This document shows positions 37,350-50,327 of a DNA stretch of 64,000 nt, piece after piece. The position numbers and the translations under genes are program-made. The DNA comes from Elsinoe ampelina (Eukaryota), in NCBI GenBank assembly GCA_010093995.1, contig ML992502.1, positions 261,868-325,867 on the forward strand, in the 5' to 3' direction. Position 1 is the stretch's first letter; every line of letters begins with the position of its first letter. The notes beneath the pieces were generated by a model. That model saw only the letters and a program-made list of their open reading frames with translations. It searched no databases and had not been told where the DNA came from.

Positions 37350-38564
37350 ATGGCTGGCTCGTCAGTGCCAAAGTCTCTAGACGAGATGCTCCAGGCAGGT
37401 AGGGATTTATCTCGCCGCCGGCTATGTCGCACACACTGACCGTCTCAAGACCGCAAGAAGCGCAAAGCTGAGAAACTGGCCCAGAAGATCTTCGGCAATA
37501 AGGATCGAAGACAGAGTGCACCTGCGACTCACAAAGAACTGAAACCTCAGTCCCCCGGTGCCAGCTTTGCAAGTCGTGTCGGCATCAACAAGGTACGTTC
37601 AATTACCACGCTGCTCAGTTCATCATTGACCTATGTCAAGCGCTCTGCCTCATCCTCGTCTGTCAATCGCCAGAAACAACCCGGTCGTCCCAATCCTCCT
37701 TCTGCGCTTTCGAGATCTTCTACCGTCGCAAAAATCGAGTCTGCCATGTCTCGCGATACAAACTCTACCTCTACTTCTAGGAAGAACAAGGCGAAAGAGT
37801 CCAATGGACAAGTCAAGAGCGAACCACAGGTCGAGATCAGTATCAGAGGTGCGGCTGGTCCATATACGGTGGTCGCAGAAAACTTTGCGCCAGGAACTAG
37901 CGCAGCAGACATTGAGACTGTCATTTCGGGGACTGGAGGACCAATGGAGAGCTGCGAGCTGTCCAAGTCAGATCACGTTTCAGTAACTGCCGAAATGGTA
38001 TTTCTGGACAAGAAGAAGGTCGACGAGGTTGTCTCCATGTTCAATGGTCAGAAAGCGGACGGATTTGAGCTCAAGGTCTACCTGAAGAGGCCAACCAGGG
38101 ACAGCGGCAATGGCCTATCAGAGGTCAATCCATGGCGCGTCGACTCAACACCTGCAACATACACAGCATCTGATCAGACTCCTGCTGCGGAAGAAGAGAC
38201 TATGGAGGTCGACCACGGTAATGCAGAGCCCTCTTTCGTAGAGGACGGAGTCCGACGTGGGGGTTACGAGCACCGCGGTAGGGGCGACTATGATCGATCC
38301 TACGAGCACGACTACCGCAGAGATGACAGACGTGGGGCCAGACGAGATGACAGACGCGAGGACCGGCGCCCAGATCTGATGTACCAGGACGGCAGGCAGG
38401 GCTTCGGCGAGCACCCACCAGCTGGGCCAAGGTACGACAGGCGTCAAGAACCATGGAGGGGAGGTAGCGGCAGGATGTATTCAGACGATATTGTGAGGCG
38501 ATCAGGGCCTCCTCCATCACGTAGATGGCAGGACCATCAACCTCCTCAAGGACCACGGCATTAG
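37350..38564 (+). CDS. RRM-like RNA-binding protein with RD/RG-rich tail; introns 37399-37449, 37593-37640
   Basis: MAGSS...LDEMLQA|DRKKRK..LAQKIFG...SFASRVGINK|RSAS; VVAENFAPGTSAADIE...FNGQKADG. Confidence 0.82.
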
Positions 38565-38930
38565 CGAAACAGTCATGTTGTCTTTACAAGCGAGGCGTTT
38601 CAGGGAGATGACAATCGAGAACACCTCGGGCAGGGTGTGCATGTATCACGAAGTAAGCGAGAGCCATATGCTCTGGCAAATGAAATCACATGATGAACTT
38701 GAGTTCTGCGTGAAGCATCCTGCGCCTGCTACTTGTACGGTTGGCGGGATTTTCTCCGCTCACGCATTCCGCCGCAACCTCCGCCGTCCCTCTTCGCCAA
38801 ACCAGGAGGAGCAAGTCGCAACCTTTGATTCAACAACATGGCACAGACTCTACCACCATAGCTATTCCACCGCCTCTCCTTCTCGCAATCTCATCTCTCC
38901 GCCACCTCACCAGCAGCGGCCCCTCGCAAG

Positions 38931-39411
38931 ATGTCCGCAACGATCAACCCCTCCCCCCCCCCCCCCCCCCACCCTCCCCCCTTCCGACACCACAGCCCCT
39001 GCAGCATCCTCCTCTCCAGCCCTCTCCTTACCAGCCGACCGCTCCACCTGGACCGAAGCCCACTACACCCAAGCCCTGCACCACCTCACCGCCCTGCAAT
39101 CCCAAATCGACTCCCTCCGCGACGCCATCCCCTCCCTCATCCGGCCCCTCGCAGCCTTCCAACCCTCGCACCAGCCCCAAGTCCACACGATCTCGAACCC
39201 AGCATTGAACTCTCGCCTGGCCCGAAGCCATCCAAGACTCAGCCCCTCCCCGAACGGACTGGACCGACCGGGCGAGCAGATGACTCCCGCCGAGAAAAGG
39301 AGGAGGAAGGAGAAGGCGGTGGGGATGATCAAGCGCAAGGCAGAGGAGGGGATGAAGGGGGTGAGGGAGTTGAGGGAGGCGTGGGAGGGGGAGGCGACGG
39401 GNNNNNNNNNN

Positions 39412-39506
<95 letters not shown>

Positions 39507-39546
39507 GGGGGGAGGAGAGGGGGGGAAGGGGAACGGGAAGGGGTGA
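38931..39546 (+). CDS. Small coiled-coil protein, possibly a Mediator-type subunit; apparent frameshift in C18 run and a gap inside
   Basis: WTEAHYTQALHHLTALQSQIDSLRDAIPSLIRPL amphipathic helices; ATG 38931 joins this frame if the 38953-38970 C-run is one base shorter. Confidence 0.5.
39402..39505. other. Assembly gap (10 N) followed by ~94-nt poly-G, probable artefact
   Basis: N at 39402-39411, pure G at 39412-39505. Confidence 0.9.
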
Positions 39547-40031
39547 AGGATGGGTGGGGGTTTAGAGGTATGGAATTAAGGAGATGAGTCTGAATGGTCG
39601 ACGGCGGCCCAGGCAGGGTTGGAATGAGGGTGTCGATCTGCTCCCCAGAGCTGGGAGGCATGGTTGAAGAGGATATTACTTCGGAGAAGCAGGATGGTTT
39701 GCACAGGACCATTTGGGCATGGCACAGGATAAATGGCCATGGAGCAGCGAGGTACGCCAGGTCACAGCACTACATCATCGATTGAGCTGGTGCAAAGACC
39801 AAGATGGAGGAGATATTGAGGAGTGGGGACGAAGAGCAAGCACGTTTACGAAAGACACAAGACAAGAAGTATCCAGCAGAAACATCATAGATTTCCGCAT
39901 TATACTAAACTCCAGCGCTCTCCTCTGCGCTCTGAACAAGGCTCGAAGCCCCTCTCCCACAACCTCCCATTTTCTCATTTCCACCCTCCCCGTACCCCCT
40001 TCCCACCTCCATACCACCAGTCTCCCAAAAC

Positions 40032-43000
40032 TCAAGCATCAACCCCCTCCCCACCCAACGCTTCCCAAACCCTCGTCCCAAGTCTATACCTCACCATCCC
40101 CGCAAAAACCATACAATCCCTCGCCACCCCATTCAACCTCTCAATCTGCACCTTCCTCTCCGCCCCCCACCCTTCCTGATCCAACACCGCTTTCTGGCCC
40201 GCCACACACCTGATCGTCCAAACCAGAACATCCCCTCCCAGCCTCACCACGAGCGGAGGCAAGCTGTCAAACGCGTGCGCCTTGGCGCGAATAGCGGCCA
40301 TGTCACCGTCTGCAGAAGTAGGGAGCATCCCCGTAGCGTCGATGGCGTCGAGACAAAGCACCCACTTACGGGCTTGGTAGAGGGATTTGGCGGCGCCGAT
40401 GCGCAGGAGGAGTTCGAGCTGGCCGCGGTTCGCCGGGCGGATTTTCTGGAGTAAGAGCGTGTTGGACTTGTAGAGACCGAGCATGGACGCGGCCAAGTCG
40501 TGAGGGGTGGTGACGGCCGTGAGACTGAGAGAGCTGTTGGGCGGTGCGGCGTCGCTTTGGGGCTGGGACGTGGAGCGAGGTTTGAGGGGTTCGAGACGGG
40601 CGAGCACGTCGCCTTCTTCGGCTGCGATGGCGTCGGAGAGGGCGCGGGCGCAGACGGAGACGACGTCGTCGTATTCTTCTGCGAGGTGGTAGAGGAGGAC
40701 AGCGTCCGTGACGCGGCCGTTTTCGTCGGCGATTTGGGCTGCGCCGATGGTGATTTGGCGGAGGAAGTGGGCTGAGTCGGTGATGTGGATGAGGCGGAGG
40801 CGGGATTCAATGGCTCCTATGATGCGTTGGCCGTCGAAGCGAATGTCGCCTAGAAGTTGGGCGAATTCGCGAGTCTCGAGGACGAGCTCGCGAAGTGCTT
40901 CGTGGCAGAGGCCGAGTTGACGGGCTCCTAGCTCGCCAGGCTCGTCTGAGTTGAGAGCGATGAGAGCAAGATAGTCTGCTGCATTCGATGGTGACGCAGC
41001 ACGGAAGTCGCGGGTGTAGTAGCCGAGCATATGTCCAAAGGCTAGCTGGGGTTGTTGACGAGTGGTATATGAGAGAAGATCATCTGATCCATTGAAGTCG
41101 TTGACGCGGAGCAGACCGTAGTAGTCGAGAGCAATTGCAGTGTGCACTGCGGTGAGGTAGTTGTGAGGATATAGCCACGCGACAGCCGACTCGAATTGTC
41201 CAGCGAGAATCTGCAAGAAGAAATACGTGCCGTACGCACCAGCTCCCTCAGCTTGTCCCTGCAAGAAGTGTCGTTGACCGATCTCTTGGATGACCAATCT
41301 GACTTCGGACAAACCAAAGACCTCACTTGCGGATTCTTCGACTCTGTTGACCTCCCTCGCAAGCACAAACTGCAGCCAGACCCAATCTTCCATGCTCAAA
41401 TTGACATTCTCCAAGTTCCTCTTTCCCAGGCCGAAGCGACCGACAATCTTGTAGCAGGCCACCCGGAAAGGATCGATCTGACCATCGTCGGATACCTTGA
41501 CTCTGCCGGTATAATCTTTCGCAAGGAGTTCTTGCTGTCCTTGGGTGGGTCTACGGTCCGCGGATTCTGCGTAATTTTTCACTGCCTTTTGGAAAGCACG
41601 GTCACTCCTGGCGAAGAAGGGTTGGCTGGCGTACTCTGCAGCTTCGTCTAAAAGACCAGCACGAAGCAGGTAGAAGACCTGGGCCCAAGCATAGTCGTCG
41701 CCAACTTGTTGGAGATAGACGTTGTCTGCACCTAGCTCTTTCCTTGCAGATCGCAATCGAACATACGCTCGAATCTTGTTGGTGACTGATGGAACGCCTC
41801 CGAGATTAGCCTCGCGTGGATTCTTGAGTACAGCCGCCTCCACATTTGATAGGAATTGCTTCTCCAAGAAAGTCCGTGAGCCATTAAGTATTCTCTTCCG
41901 CAGCTCGAAGGCGCCTTTCGAATTGGATGCGTCATCGTGATAGTCCTTGGTGAAGTGCCTTTCCTTGATTGCTCCCGGCTCGGAGAAGGTTTGACTCTCT
42001 GGCTTCTCGCCGACGATCTCGGCCAGAGCTTTGAAGCAATTAACATAATGTGAGGTGTCCTCTGGAGATGGTTGAGTCTCGACCTCGGCGAATTGGTGCA
42101 GCAAGGGATAGACCGTCTCTTCCATGCGAGCGACGTTGAGAGCATTGACCTTTTGCGCATATCTGTCCTGCTTCTCTCGAAGTAGTCGATCCTCCGGTGC
42201 TGGTTGCAGATTCGATGCAGACGCCTTCTCTGCAATGTCGTTGAATCCAGGAGCACGCGAGCCGCGCATGCTAGGAACGCCCAGAATAGATTTGCTCATG
42301 CCTGACGCTCCAGGTCCAGCTGTCGAAGCTCCGAGGCGACTCCTCCTGCTCGATCGGCCAAAGGCACCCCTCGTACCCACACTCGCTGCAGCATCAAAGC
42401 TTCCAGAGTCTTGCTCGCCCTTCTTTGCCAGTCCAAAGTGCTCGTAGATCTTCTGTCGTTGTGTATCCCACTCCATCTGAACATGCTCCTCCAGAAAGTC
42501 ATCAAAGTCCTTTCTCACTTGTGTCAAGTGATGCTCTACCAGGTCAAGAGAGGATTGCCTGTACAGATTATCCACGTAGCCATCCAGGTCGGTGTCGAAT
42601 GTCGGGAGAGGAACTTCGGTCTGCGCAGGTGCGCGCTTTGCCCCAACTTCTGCCCCCAGAGCGCTCAGATCTCGTAGCGCAGCAGCAGTATTCACGCCCG
42701 ATGCTGAGAGGAGATAATGTGAGTGATTGTCTCTCGCCCGATCTCGCTGCTGTCCAGTCGGTGTACCTTGGCCCAAGTTGCGCAGCTTGCGGGAGATGTC
42801 ACCTAGACCAAGCTGCAATGAAGGCAACTCGGCCGGACTAGATGACTGGATCTCGCCATTTTGCCTCTTCTTACCTCGCTCCAGTAGTTGTCCGAAGTAT
42901 GCAATCTGTGGCTCAGCTTTCTGGGTCTGGGTTGGAGCTTGAGCTTGTTGTGCGGTGGACTGGTCATTCGTTTGTTGCTGTGTCGTTGAGGCGGCTGGTT

Positions 43001-44294
43001 GCCCAATCTGTGATACATTAGTTCGATCATTTGAATCGGTCTTAGAGTCCGCGTTGTGTTTCGTGTATTGAGCCCTTCGTGTCACATTAGAAGCCAGGAT
43101 TGAATTCAAGAAATCTGGGAAGAGGGTTTTTTGGCCTGGCGAGGGGCGTGGCCGTGAATTTGATAGTGGCGCCAACAAGCCGGCGGGAACCGTGGTGGTT
43201 GTGCCCTTGTCGTCGCTCGATATCGGACGGCGTTCAAGGCCCTCAGCTGGTACATCTGCCATGTCTATATCTTGTATGGCTTGACTTTCGCATGTCGAGT
43301 GGCATTGAGATGTTGCATCCCTCATATCTGCATCCCGTGTCGTCGGAAGAGTCCACGGAAGCCGGCGTTGTGGTGGTGGAGGCACAGGTATCTGCTGATC
43401 GTGTCCAATCCTTGAACGATGACCGACTGCTTGTCTGATGTGTCGTATGGTTTTGGGCTTTTCCGGCTCACAGTCATCGCCCGGGCTGCTAACCGTCCGG
43501 CTATCGTCATCCGCCTCATCTTCCTGCATACTGTCGTGTATAATTGATGTCGTCCTTGCAATGGAGTTGTCGCCAATTCACAGAACGAAGTCCCAGAAGA
43601 TTTATAGAACATCGCGATTTCACGCAAAGATCACGAAAGAACTTACCCTGCTAAACAGTCCCCCCGCTTGCTGCCCCTGCGATTGCTGTCCGCCTCCCAA
43701 ACCACCAAACACACTGCTCCCCTGCGCGGGCTGTGACGTTTGTGTTGTGTTCTGCTGCGAGCCCAGTCCGCTAAAGAGGCTGCTCGTTTGTGCCGGCTGT
43801 GAAGCGGCACCACCGAGCCCTCCGAAAGCTGTCGATGCTGTATTCTGCTGTTGCTGCTGTCCTCCACCTAACCCGCCAAACAAATTCGAGGCTCCTGTCG
43901 TGCTTGTGTTCTGCTGTTGTTGGCCACCACCCAAACCACCAAAGATATTTGAGCCACCAGTGGAGTTGTTGTTCTGTTGTTGCTGATTGCCTCCTAGGTT
44001 GGCAAACAAGGTTGATGTGCCTGTGGACCCAGTCCCAGCTCCAGACGTCTGCGCTCCTCCCAAGCCACCAAATGGATTTGCAGCGGATGAAGTCGCTGGT
44101 TTTGATCCCAGGTTGCCAAACAGTCCACCTCCGCTTGACGCCGCAGGTGCATTATTCGTCGTCGAGCCGAAAAGACCGCCTGAGGCTGGTGCTGAGGTCG
44201 TCGTGTTTGCCGCGCCGGAAGGTGCAGTACTGCCGAAAAGACCGCCTGGCTTGCTTTGTTGGCCAGCGCCTCCCAGCGAGAAAAGACCCGACAT
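40032..44294 (-). CDS. NIC96: Nucleoporin Nic96 with FG-repeat first exon; intron 43646-43008
   Basis: Exon 1 has GLFG/FG repeats; exon 2 has LPSLQLGLGDI, HYLLSASGV, FLEKQF, WAQVFYLLRAG, DPFRVACYKIVG, EDWVWLQF, LLGDI; donor GTAAGT, branch ACTAAT, acceptor CAG. Confidence 0.93.
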
Positions 44295-44675
44295 TTTGAT
44301 CGATAGCTCACTGCGACTGTGAAAGTGCAATGGCTAGTGATTATTTCACGTGAATGAGCGCGTGGAGCTGAGAAATGTTTCGAGCTCCCCGAGTCATGCA
44401 GCTGCAGGTCACTTCACACTCATCGATCCAGCCTACCGTACCTCCGCTCCCTTCTCCGCATTCAAGGCATTGACTTCATCACCAATCTCCTGCTCCACGA
44501 CACAACCACACGCCCCAAACAACCTCACCCGTCCCCACCAGTACATCCCTCGACACACCAGCACATATCTCCCACCACCCATCTCCATCCCCAGCACAAC
44601 ACAACACCACCCCTTCACTGGCGCAACGCATCCACCCCCCCTTCCATCCAGCCGCACCCCCCAGCCCACCCAACC

Positions 44676-45194
44676 ATGAACTTCGCCCCCTACCAATCCT
44701 CCCCTCCCGAATCCACCCGCGCCCTCTCCCCCCCTCCGCGCTCCCCCACCGCCTCCCCCCGTCCAACCCACACCAAACGCACCTCCACCGACGTCCCCCG
44801 CAGCATCGCCAGCACCACAGACCCATGGGCAGCCTCACGCACCAACCGCCTGCCCTCGCCTTCGAGGTTCTCGCCTTCGTACCAGGACAATGTCGAGGGA
44901 GAATCAGGAGGCGGAGGCGGGGGCAGGGGAGGGACAGGACGGGGGTATGAGGATGTAGAAGGGCAGAGAAGTGGTGGGGAGGGAGGGTATTTCACTGGGA
45001 GAGGAGGGGGCCAGGGAGGTGTGGGGGATGTGTTTGAGACGAGTCTGGGGTTTAGGATGGATGTGGAGGCGGCGTTGGCTTATTTGTTGTTGCCGCCGGC
45101 GGGGGGTGTGGCGTTGTTGGTGTTTGAGCATAAGAGTGATTATGTGAGGTAGGTTGTTTTCTGTTATTCCGGGGTTGGGGTGGGATAGGCCTGG

Positions 45195-45225
<31 letters not shown>

Positions 45226-45662
45226 AGCACAGGAGGTAGGAATGGGGAGGCAGGCATGAATAGGGGGATGATGAGGAAGACAGTTTGCCGGCGGGATGGA
45301 GCTGCCAGTTGAGGCATTGAGTGCTGGGGAAAGTGCGATAGACATACATGGTCGGAGTACTGACACACACAGATTTCACGCCTGGCAGTCCGCCCTCGTC
45401 TTCAGCGCAGCCTTTGTACTCCACCTCCTCTTCTCCTGGACATCAGTGCTCTCATGGCTACTATTCATCGGCGACTTGGCTCTGATCGCGTACTTGACCT
45501 TCCACGCATATAGAGACGGTAAGCCATCCCTACATCTTCCTTCCCTCGAGCTGTCTCCCACCCTCGAGACCTACATACTGACACTCCCCAGCCGAAACTC
45601 TCGACCGCTGCGAACTCCCCTTCTTCGGACGCCTCGCCAGCCGATTCGTCGACAACGAATAA
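44676..45662 (+). CDS. UPF0132-type small membrane protein; introns 45149-45372, 45519-45591
   Basis: MNFAPYQ...FETSLG...LAYLLLPPAGGVALLVFEHKSDYVR|FHAWQS...AYRD|AETLDRCELPFFG. Confidence 0.85.
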
Positions 45663-45936
45663 CCCCCCTTCTCTTTTCGCGCGATCGATACCCCATTTCT
45701 TCCACATGTACAGCCATTGCACTTCTCACTTGCCACATCAAGCCATCTGGAGCGAACAAAAGATCAATCTCATACAAGCTAATACCTAATTCCCATATTT
45801 TTGTGTATCCTTGCTCCACCATCCGTCTTCGTGATGCGTGCCGCCCCTGGGTGTCATTACCACCTTGTCCATCTCGACCATCCCCCCTTCACTCCTCCCA
45901 TCCCCCTCCCATCTTCCCATCTTCCCACCTTTGCAT

Positions 45937-48900
45937 CTAAGCCTGCGTCTCCCCGTCCTTAACAACCACATCCCCCTCCTCCGGCGCCTTGCCCCCCACA
46001 AAAGCCGTAATCTTCTCCTCCTTCCCGTCCGGACTCCTTACCCGCATCTCCGTCTCACCCGTTTGCACGCTCTGATTCACACCTTCTGCCTCCTTCGCCG
46101 AGCGCTCCTGATCCCTCGCGAGAACATTCTGCAGGCTCTCCGTGGCAGTCTTGTCGGACTTGGCGGGGCCGATGCCACCTTCTTCTCTCGGTGCGGCTGA
46201 AGCTGCGGGTGCCTCAGTGGCCTCGTCCAGGGGCGTGTCGCGCTTGGCGTCGTTGTCTGCGAGCGCTTCCTGGAGACCCTCGGCGATGGTGTTCTGGCTT
46301 TCGGATGTGGCTGTGTCGAGGGTGGGGTCGGGGAGGTCGCCTTCTGCGCCGACCTGTTCGGCGGGGAGGGCGGAGCGGGCTTCGGCTTCGGTCTTGGGGA
46401 TGGAGGATGAGTAGACGGCAAGAGAGCCTTCGTCGTCAAGGGAGAAGATAAGCCGTGGGGTGGAGATGGAGAGATTATCTTTCGGAGCCTCTGTCTCAGC
46501 TGCTGCTGCGGGCTTTCTCCTAGCTGGACCGCGAGCACGTCCTTTGCGGGCATCGGCGAGGGGTTCAGGTTCCTTATCCTCCACCTTTGGCTCTTCTTTC
46601 TTCGCGACTGGAGGTCCGAGTTGCAGACGGCTGTTGAGGTCATTCATGAAGCTAGCTTTGATGCCTGCAAGTTTGCCCGCTGGTCGACTTGGTACAGCAG
46701 GCTTTGGTCTGGCACCACCCTCTTGCATGGCTAGTGGAGAGGATGGTGCAGCATTGCTGGATCTAGGCAGGGGACGTGCTGGTACTGATGGCTTGGGTCG
46801 ATCTGGAATTGTAGGAGCACGGCGATCTGTTGGCGATGTCTCAGGTTTCTTCGCCGGGCGTGCTGGAATCGAGGGAATAGTGCGAGATGTTTCCTCCGGA
46901 GATGTGGGAGACGTAATATCATCCTGTGGGCTTGAGACGGTTGTCGTCAGACGCATTGAGTCTGGATTGTCTTCCCAGATATCTTGACTGGGAAAGCGTT
47001 GTGCCATGTGCGGTCGATCAGGTATGTCCTGTAGCACTCCCGGCTTGTATCGAGGGTCGGCATACTTCTCCGTCTCCTTGGGTAGGAAAGTCGCTCGATC
47101 CGTAGGTAGAGGACCATTTTTACGCTTTGCTTCTACATCAGGGTGCTCAAAGACAGCTTCTGGCTTGATGTCCTCCTGCTTGGGTTCTGGAGGTAGATCC
47201 GGCGTCGAGACTGTCGCGGTGAGGCCAAGAGATTCAGGGTTGTCTTCCCAAATATCTTGACTTGGGAAGTGATGGCGTGCAAGATCCGGTCTGGACTTGT
47301 GAATCGGCTTCTTCTCCACCTTGTCATCATCATCCGGGAAGAGCGGTTCGTATTCCTGAATCTCTTCAAGCGGAGTACCTACACCCGAACCATCATGTCG
47401 GTCTTGCGATAGCAAGCGAGACAGAGGCTCGCCATGAAGACTAGTAGGCCGGCTGCTATCTTTATCGCGACTACTGGGCCGGCGATGCGAGGGGTAGTGG
47501 GAATGATGGTGATCCGAGTCGTAACCACGCTCCTCAGGATCAACAGCTGGCTGCTGGAATTCTCCGCTTGGGTACTTGGCGATCTCGTCAGCAGCGAGGA
47601 TGGGCACTTCGTATCCTCGCTCTTCTGTCCAGCCACCTTCTTCATTTGAGTTGCCTCTCTGGATGCCAAGATTCTCTGTTGAACGATCGTAGCCTCCACC
47701 TCCAAGCCTGCTAGGGCGACGTTCTGGAGCATGAATCCTAATTGTGTTCTCATCCTCATCGTCACTTTCGACGGCACCGTGATCCTTAGCCTCGTTGAAA
47801 GGGAAGCTTGACTTGTGAAGCGGAGACGCGGCGTGAGTTTGAGAGCTGCTTGATGGACGCTTGGCTGATTGCCCGAGAGGTGTTGGCTTGGGCGAATGTT
47901 GTCTAGATGCGTATTGCTCCGAGGCCAGATATCCGATCTGTTCGTCCGGAGTGGCAATGTTGGGAGACGCAACTGATAGTGTTAGCATAGAGTTTTTGTA
48001 TATTTGTGATCGTCTTACCCGGCCCGTTTCCAGTACGTTTGGAGTGAACCAGCTTGTTCAGATCGTCACTCGACAAAGCCCACTCGCTGCGTGGGTGGCC
48101 AGGATCGTAGTGGTGATTCCGCTCTTTGGCCAGCTCCTCAGGGTGTCTCTGGTACCATGCCTTCTCGAACTGATCTCGTGGTTCAAGGCCGTGTCCATGC
48201 ATACCATAGCTTCCTGGCGGGCCGAATTCTTGCCTCGAACTTCTGCGACGGTGATGATTGCGCGATCCGTCGTTGAAGAAGCCAATGCCAGCAGAATGAG
48301 GTGGGGCAGACTGAGCAGGCGAAGGAGCCTGTACATCTCCAGCATTGGGGTACATGGGTACCTGGAGACCAATCTCCGGAATGCCGTGAACATGCTCGGG
48401 CTCGTGGATGGAACCAGGACGGGAGTGATGCAGGTTGGGATTCGATCGGTTGAAGCTGGCCTTCGCCCTCAAGGAGTGCTTTTCCGAGTGGCCCTCTTCA
48501 TGAGAGAGGGTCTTGGAGAGAGCATTCGCCTGGTCTGAGTCGGTCCTGGTAACCCCCTGAATCCTTGACTTTGCTGTTGATTGCGGGACTGATGCCGTAG
48601 GCTGGTGCATGGGCAGATCCGCTGCAACATTGCGTGTTTGTTCCGACGGACCACTCCCGTGAGAAGTTGTCCTTTGCAGATCTTCAAAATTGGCATACTC
48701 ATCGCCCTCGTGACCAATCGATGGTAGCTGTACACTTGGTGGGCGAACGGGGAGTTCCGAATTCGAAGGAGCTCGGTGATGCTCAAAGACAGGCGGGACC
48801 TGACCTATGGGTCGTTCGTTCAAGGGACTTCTTGTGAAGGCTTCCCTGTTGGGTGAAACGGATCGGTCTGAGCGGCGATGAGGCCGAGGAGGTATTTGCG

Positions 48901-48973
48901 GAATATCTTGACCGAGATTGCCCTGACCGGAGCGTGCTGGACGCGGTGGGATCGTAGGTACAGCGGTCGACAT
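45937..48973 (-). CDS. AIM21: Aim21-like actin cytoskeleton protein; intron 48018-47973
   Basis: PTIPPRP, repeated FPSQDIWEDNP, KPAVPSRP..KLAGIKASFMNDLNSRL, LADARKGRARGPARRKP (capping-protein-interaction-like motif). Confidence 0.85.
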
Positions 48974-50025
48974 GGTGGAGTGGTTGGAAAAGGAGACTGC
49001 GTAAGTGACTGAAAGTAGTCGTCAGCAACGGAGCTCAGCTACTGTCGATTCTTCAATTGGATGAAGGTGAGTGACGATGAGCTAGGGTGCCCTCAATCAA
49101 TCCAATCCAAAATATATGCCGCGTCCAGCTTGGGAAAGATGTGGGATATAGTGGTAGTTATCTCCCAACCAGTATCCCAAGCCACACTCAGGTACCCCAG
49201 CTTTTCCTTTGTTGGAGAAAGGGCAGATCAAACTCACCGACGAGTTGTTCTTAACGCATCAGAGCCAGCGTTGTGGCTAGAAAAGCAGCGACAGAAGTGC
49301 AGATAGGGAGAGCTTTGTGGCTATGAAGCCGAGGAGAAACAGAATCCAGAATGGCGGAAAGAGGGTTGCAAAGTGGTTTTACAAGACTTGACTCCCTCGA
49401 ACCGGGACTACCAGGCTGCTGTGACGCCTTTTGCTCGATCCGAAAACCAAGGACTGGCGGGACCCGATTGACCAATCATCGATTAGCTATAGGAAGCCTC
49501 ACTTTGTGGCTTTCGTGTTCCTCGTCACTCGCTGGGTTGGAATTGGGAAATGCTTGAACTTGATAGCATGTCGTAGAGTACGGATTCTGTATTAGCCATC
49601 TGATCACGACGGTCTCCTGGTCATGCATGGCTCATTCGCGCTCCTCGTCCTTGAACTTGAAGACGAACAAGACATCGTTGCCCCGCCATGATGCTTTGGG
49701 AAAGAATTGTGGCTCGACCGACCCACTCTTTTCTGCACCGAGACAGTGTTGCGAAATCACGCTCCGAAGCAATCGTGAGGAGGATAGCTCTTCTGAACGG
49801 ATCGGACCATGCCTGCAAAAAACATGAATTTGAGCATGCTGATCTCTCAAGAACTGGTGGAGGTGCTGCACGCGAATCTGGGATGCTGTCGTCGTGATGA
49901 TCCTTTAGTGTGTCAAGGCCCTGCAGCTTGACTGGTTAGCTCCTCCACCACCGTCACTGCGCGAGGTCACGGGGTTGTAGATGCATTGAAAACTTTCTGC
50001 CATTCTGGTAGGGACGAACAAGAAT

Positions 50026-50101
50026 GCAGGTGCTTGATGACAACCGACCTAATCATGTGACGCCGTTTTGGATATCACTGCTAAAACCAGGTCTGACCTG
50101 C
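50026..50101 (+). ncRNA. Candidate box C/D snoRNA-like element
   Basis: TGATGA 50035-50040, CTGA 50093-50096, terminal stem GCAGG/CCTGC, internal hairpin GTTTTGG/CTAAAAC; no target identified. Confidence 0.3.
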
Positions 50102-50327
50102 CAGTGCGAAGAACTACCAGGCCTACCATGAAAATACCGGGCCTGCTTTTTGTAGAGATGAATGCTCCCAATTCGCGAGTTGCATCGCTTCTCAGATCAT
50201 TGCTATTCCGTCCTTACGCCAGTAATGCATCCATTGTTCGCCCTTCGACTTGCCGCCTGGTCCCCCATAACGGTCCATCTCCAGCTCTGACGTCTCCTAA
50301 GCTGTTCCGACCGGTCCTCAGGCATTC

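Noticed and set aside
39412..39505. Poly-Gly tract or giant G-quadruplex
   Set aside because: Pure poly-G abutting an N gap; likely a sequencing or scaffolding artefact
45268..45363. ATGATGA...CTGA in the UPF0132 intron as an intronic snoRNA
   Set aside because: The CTGA is the branch-point ACTGAC, and there is no terminal stem or recognisable guide
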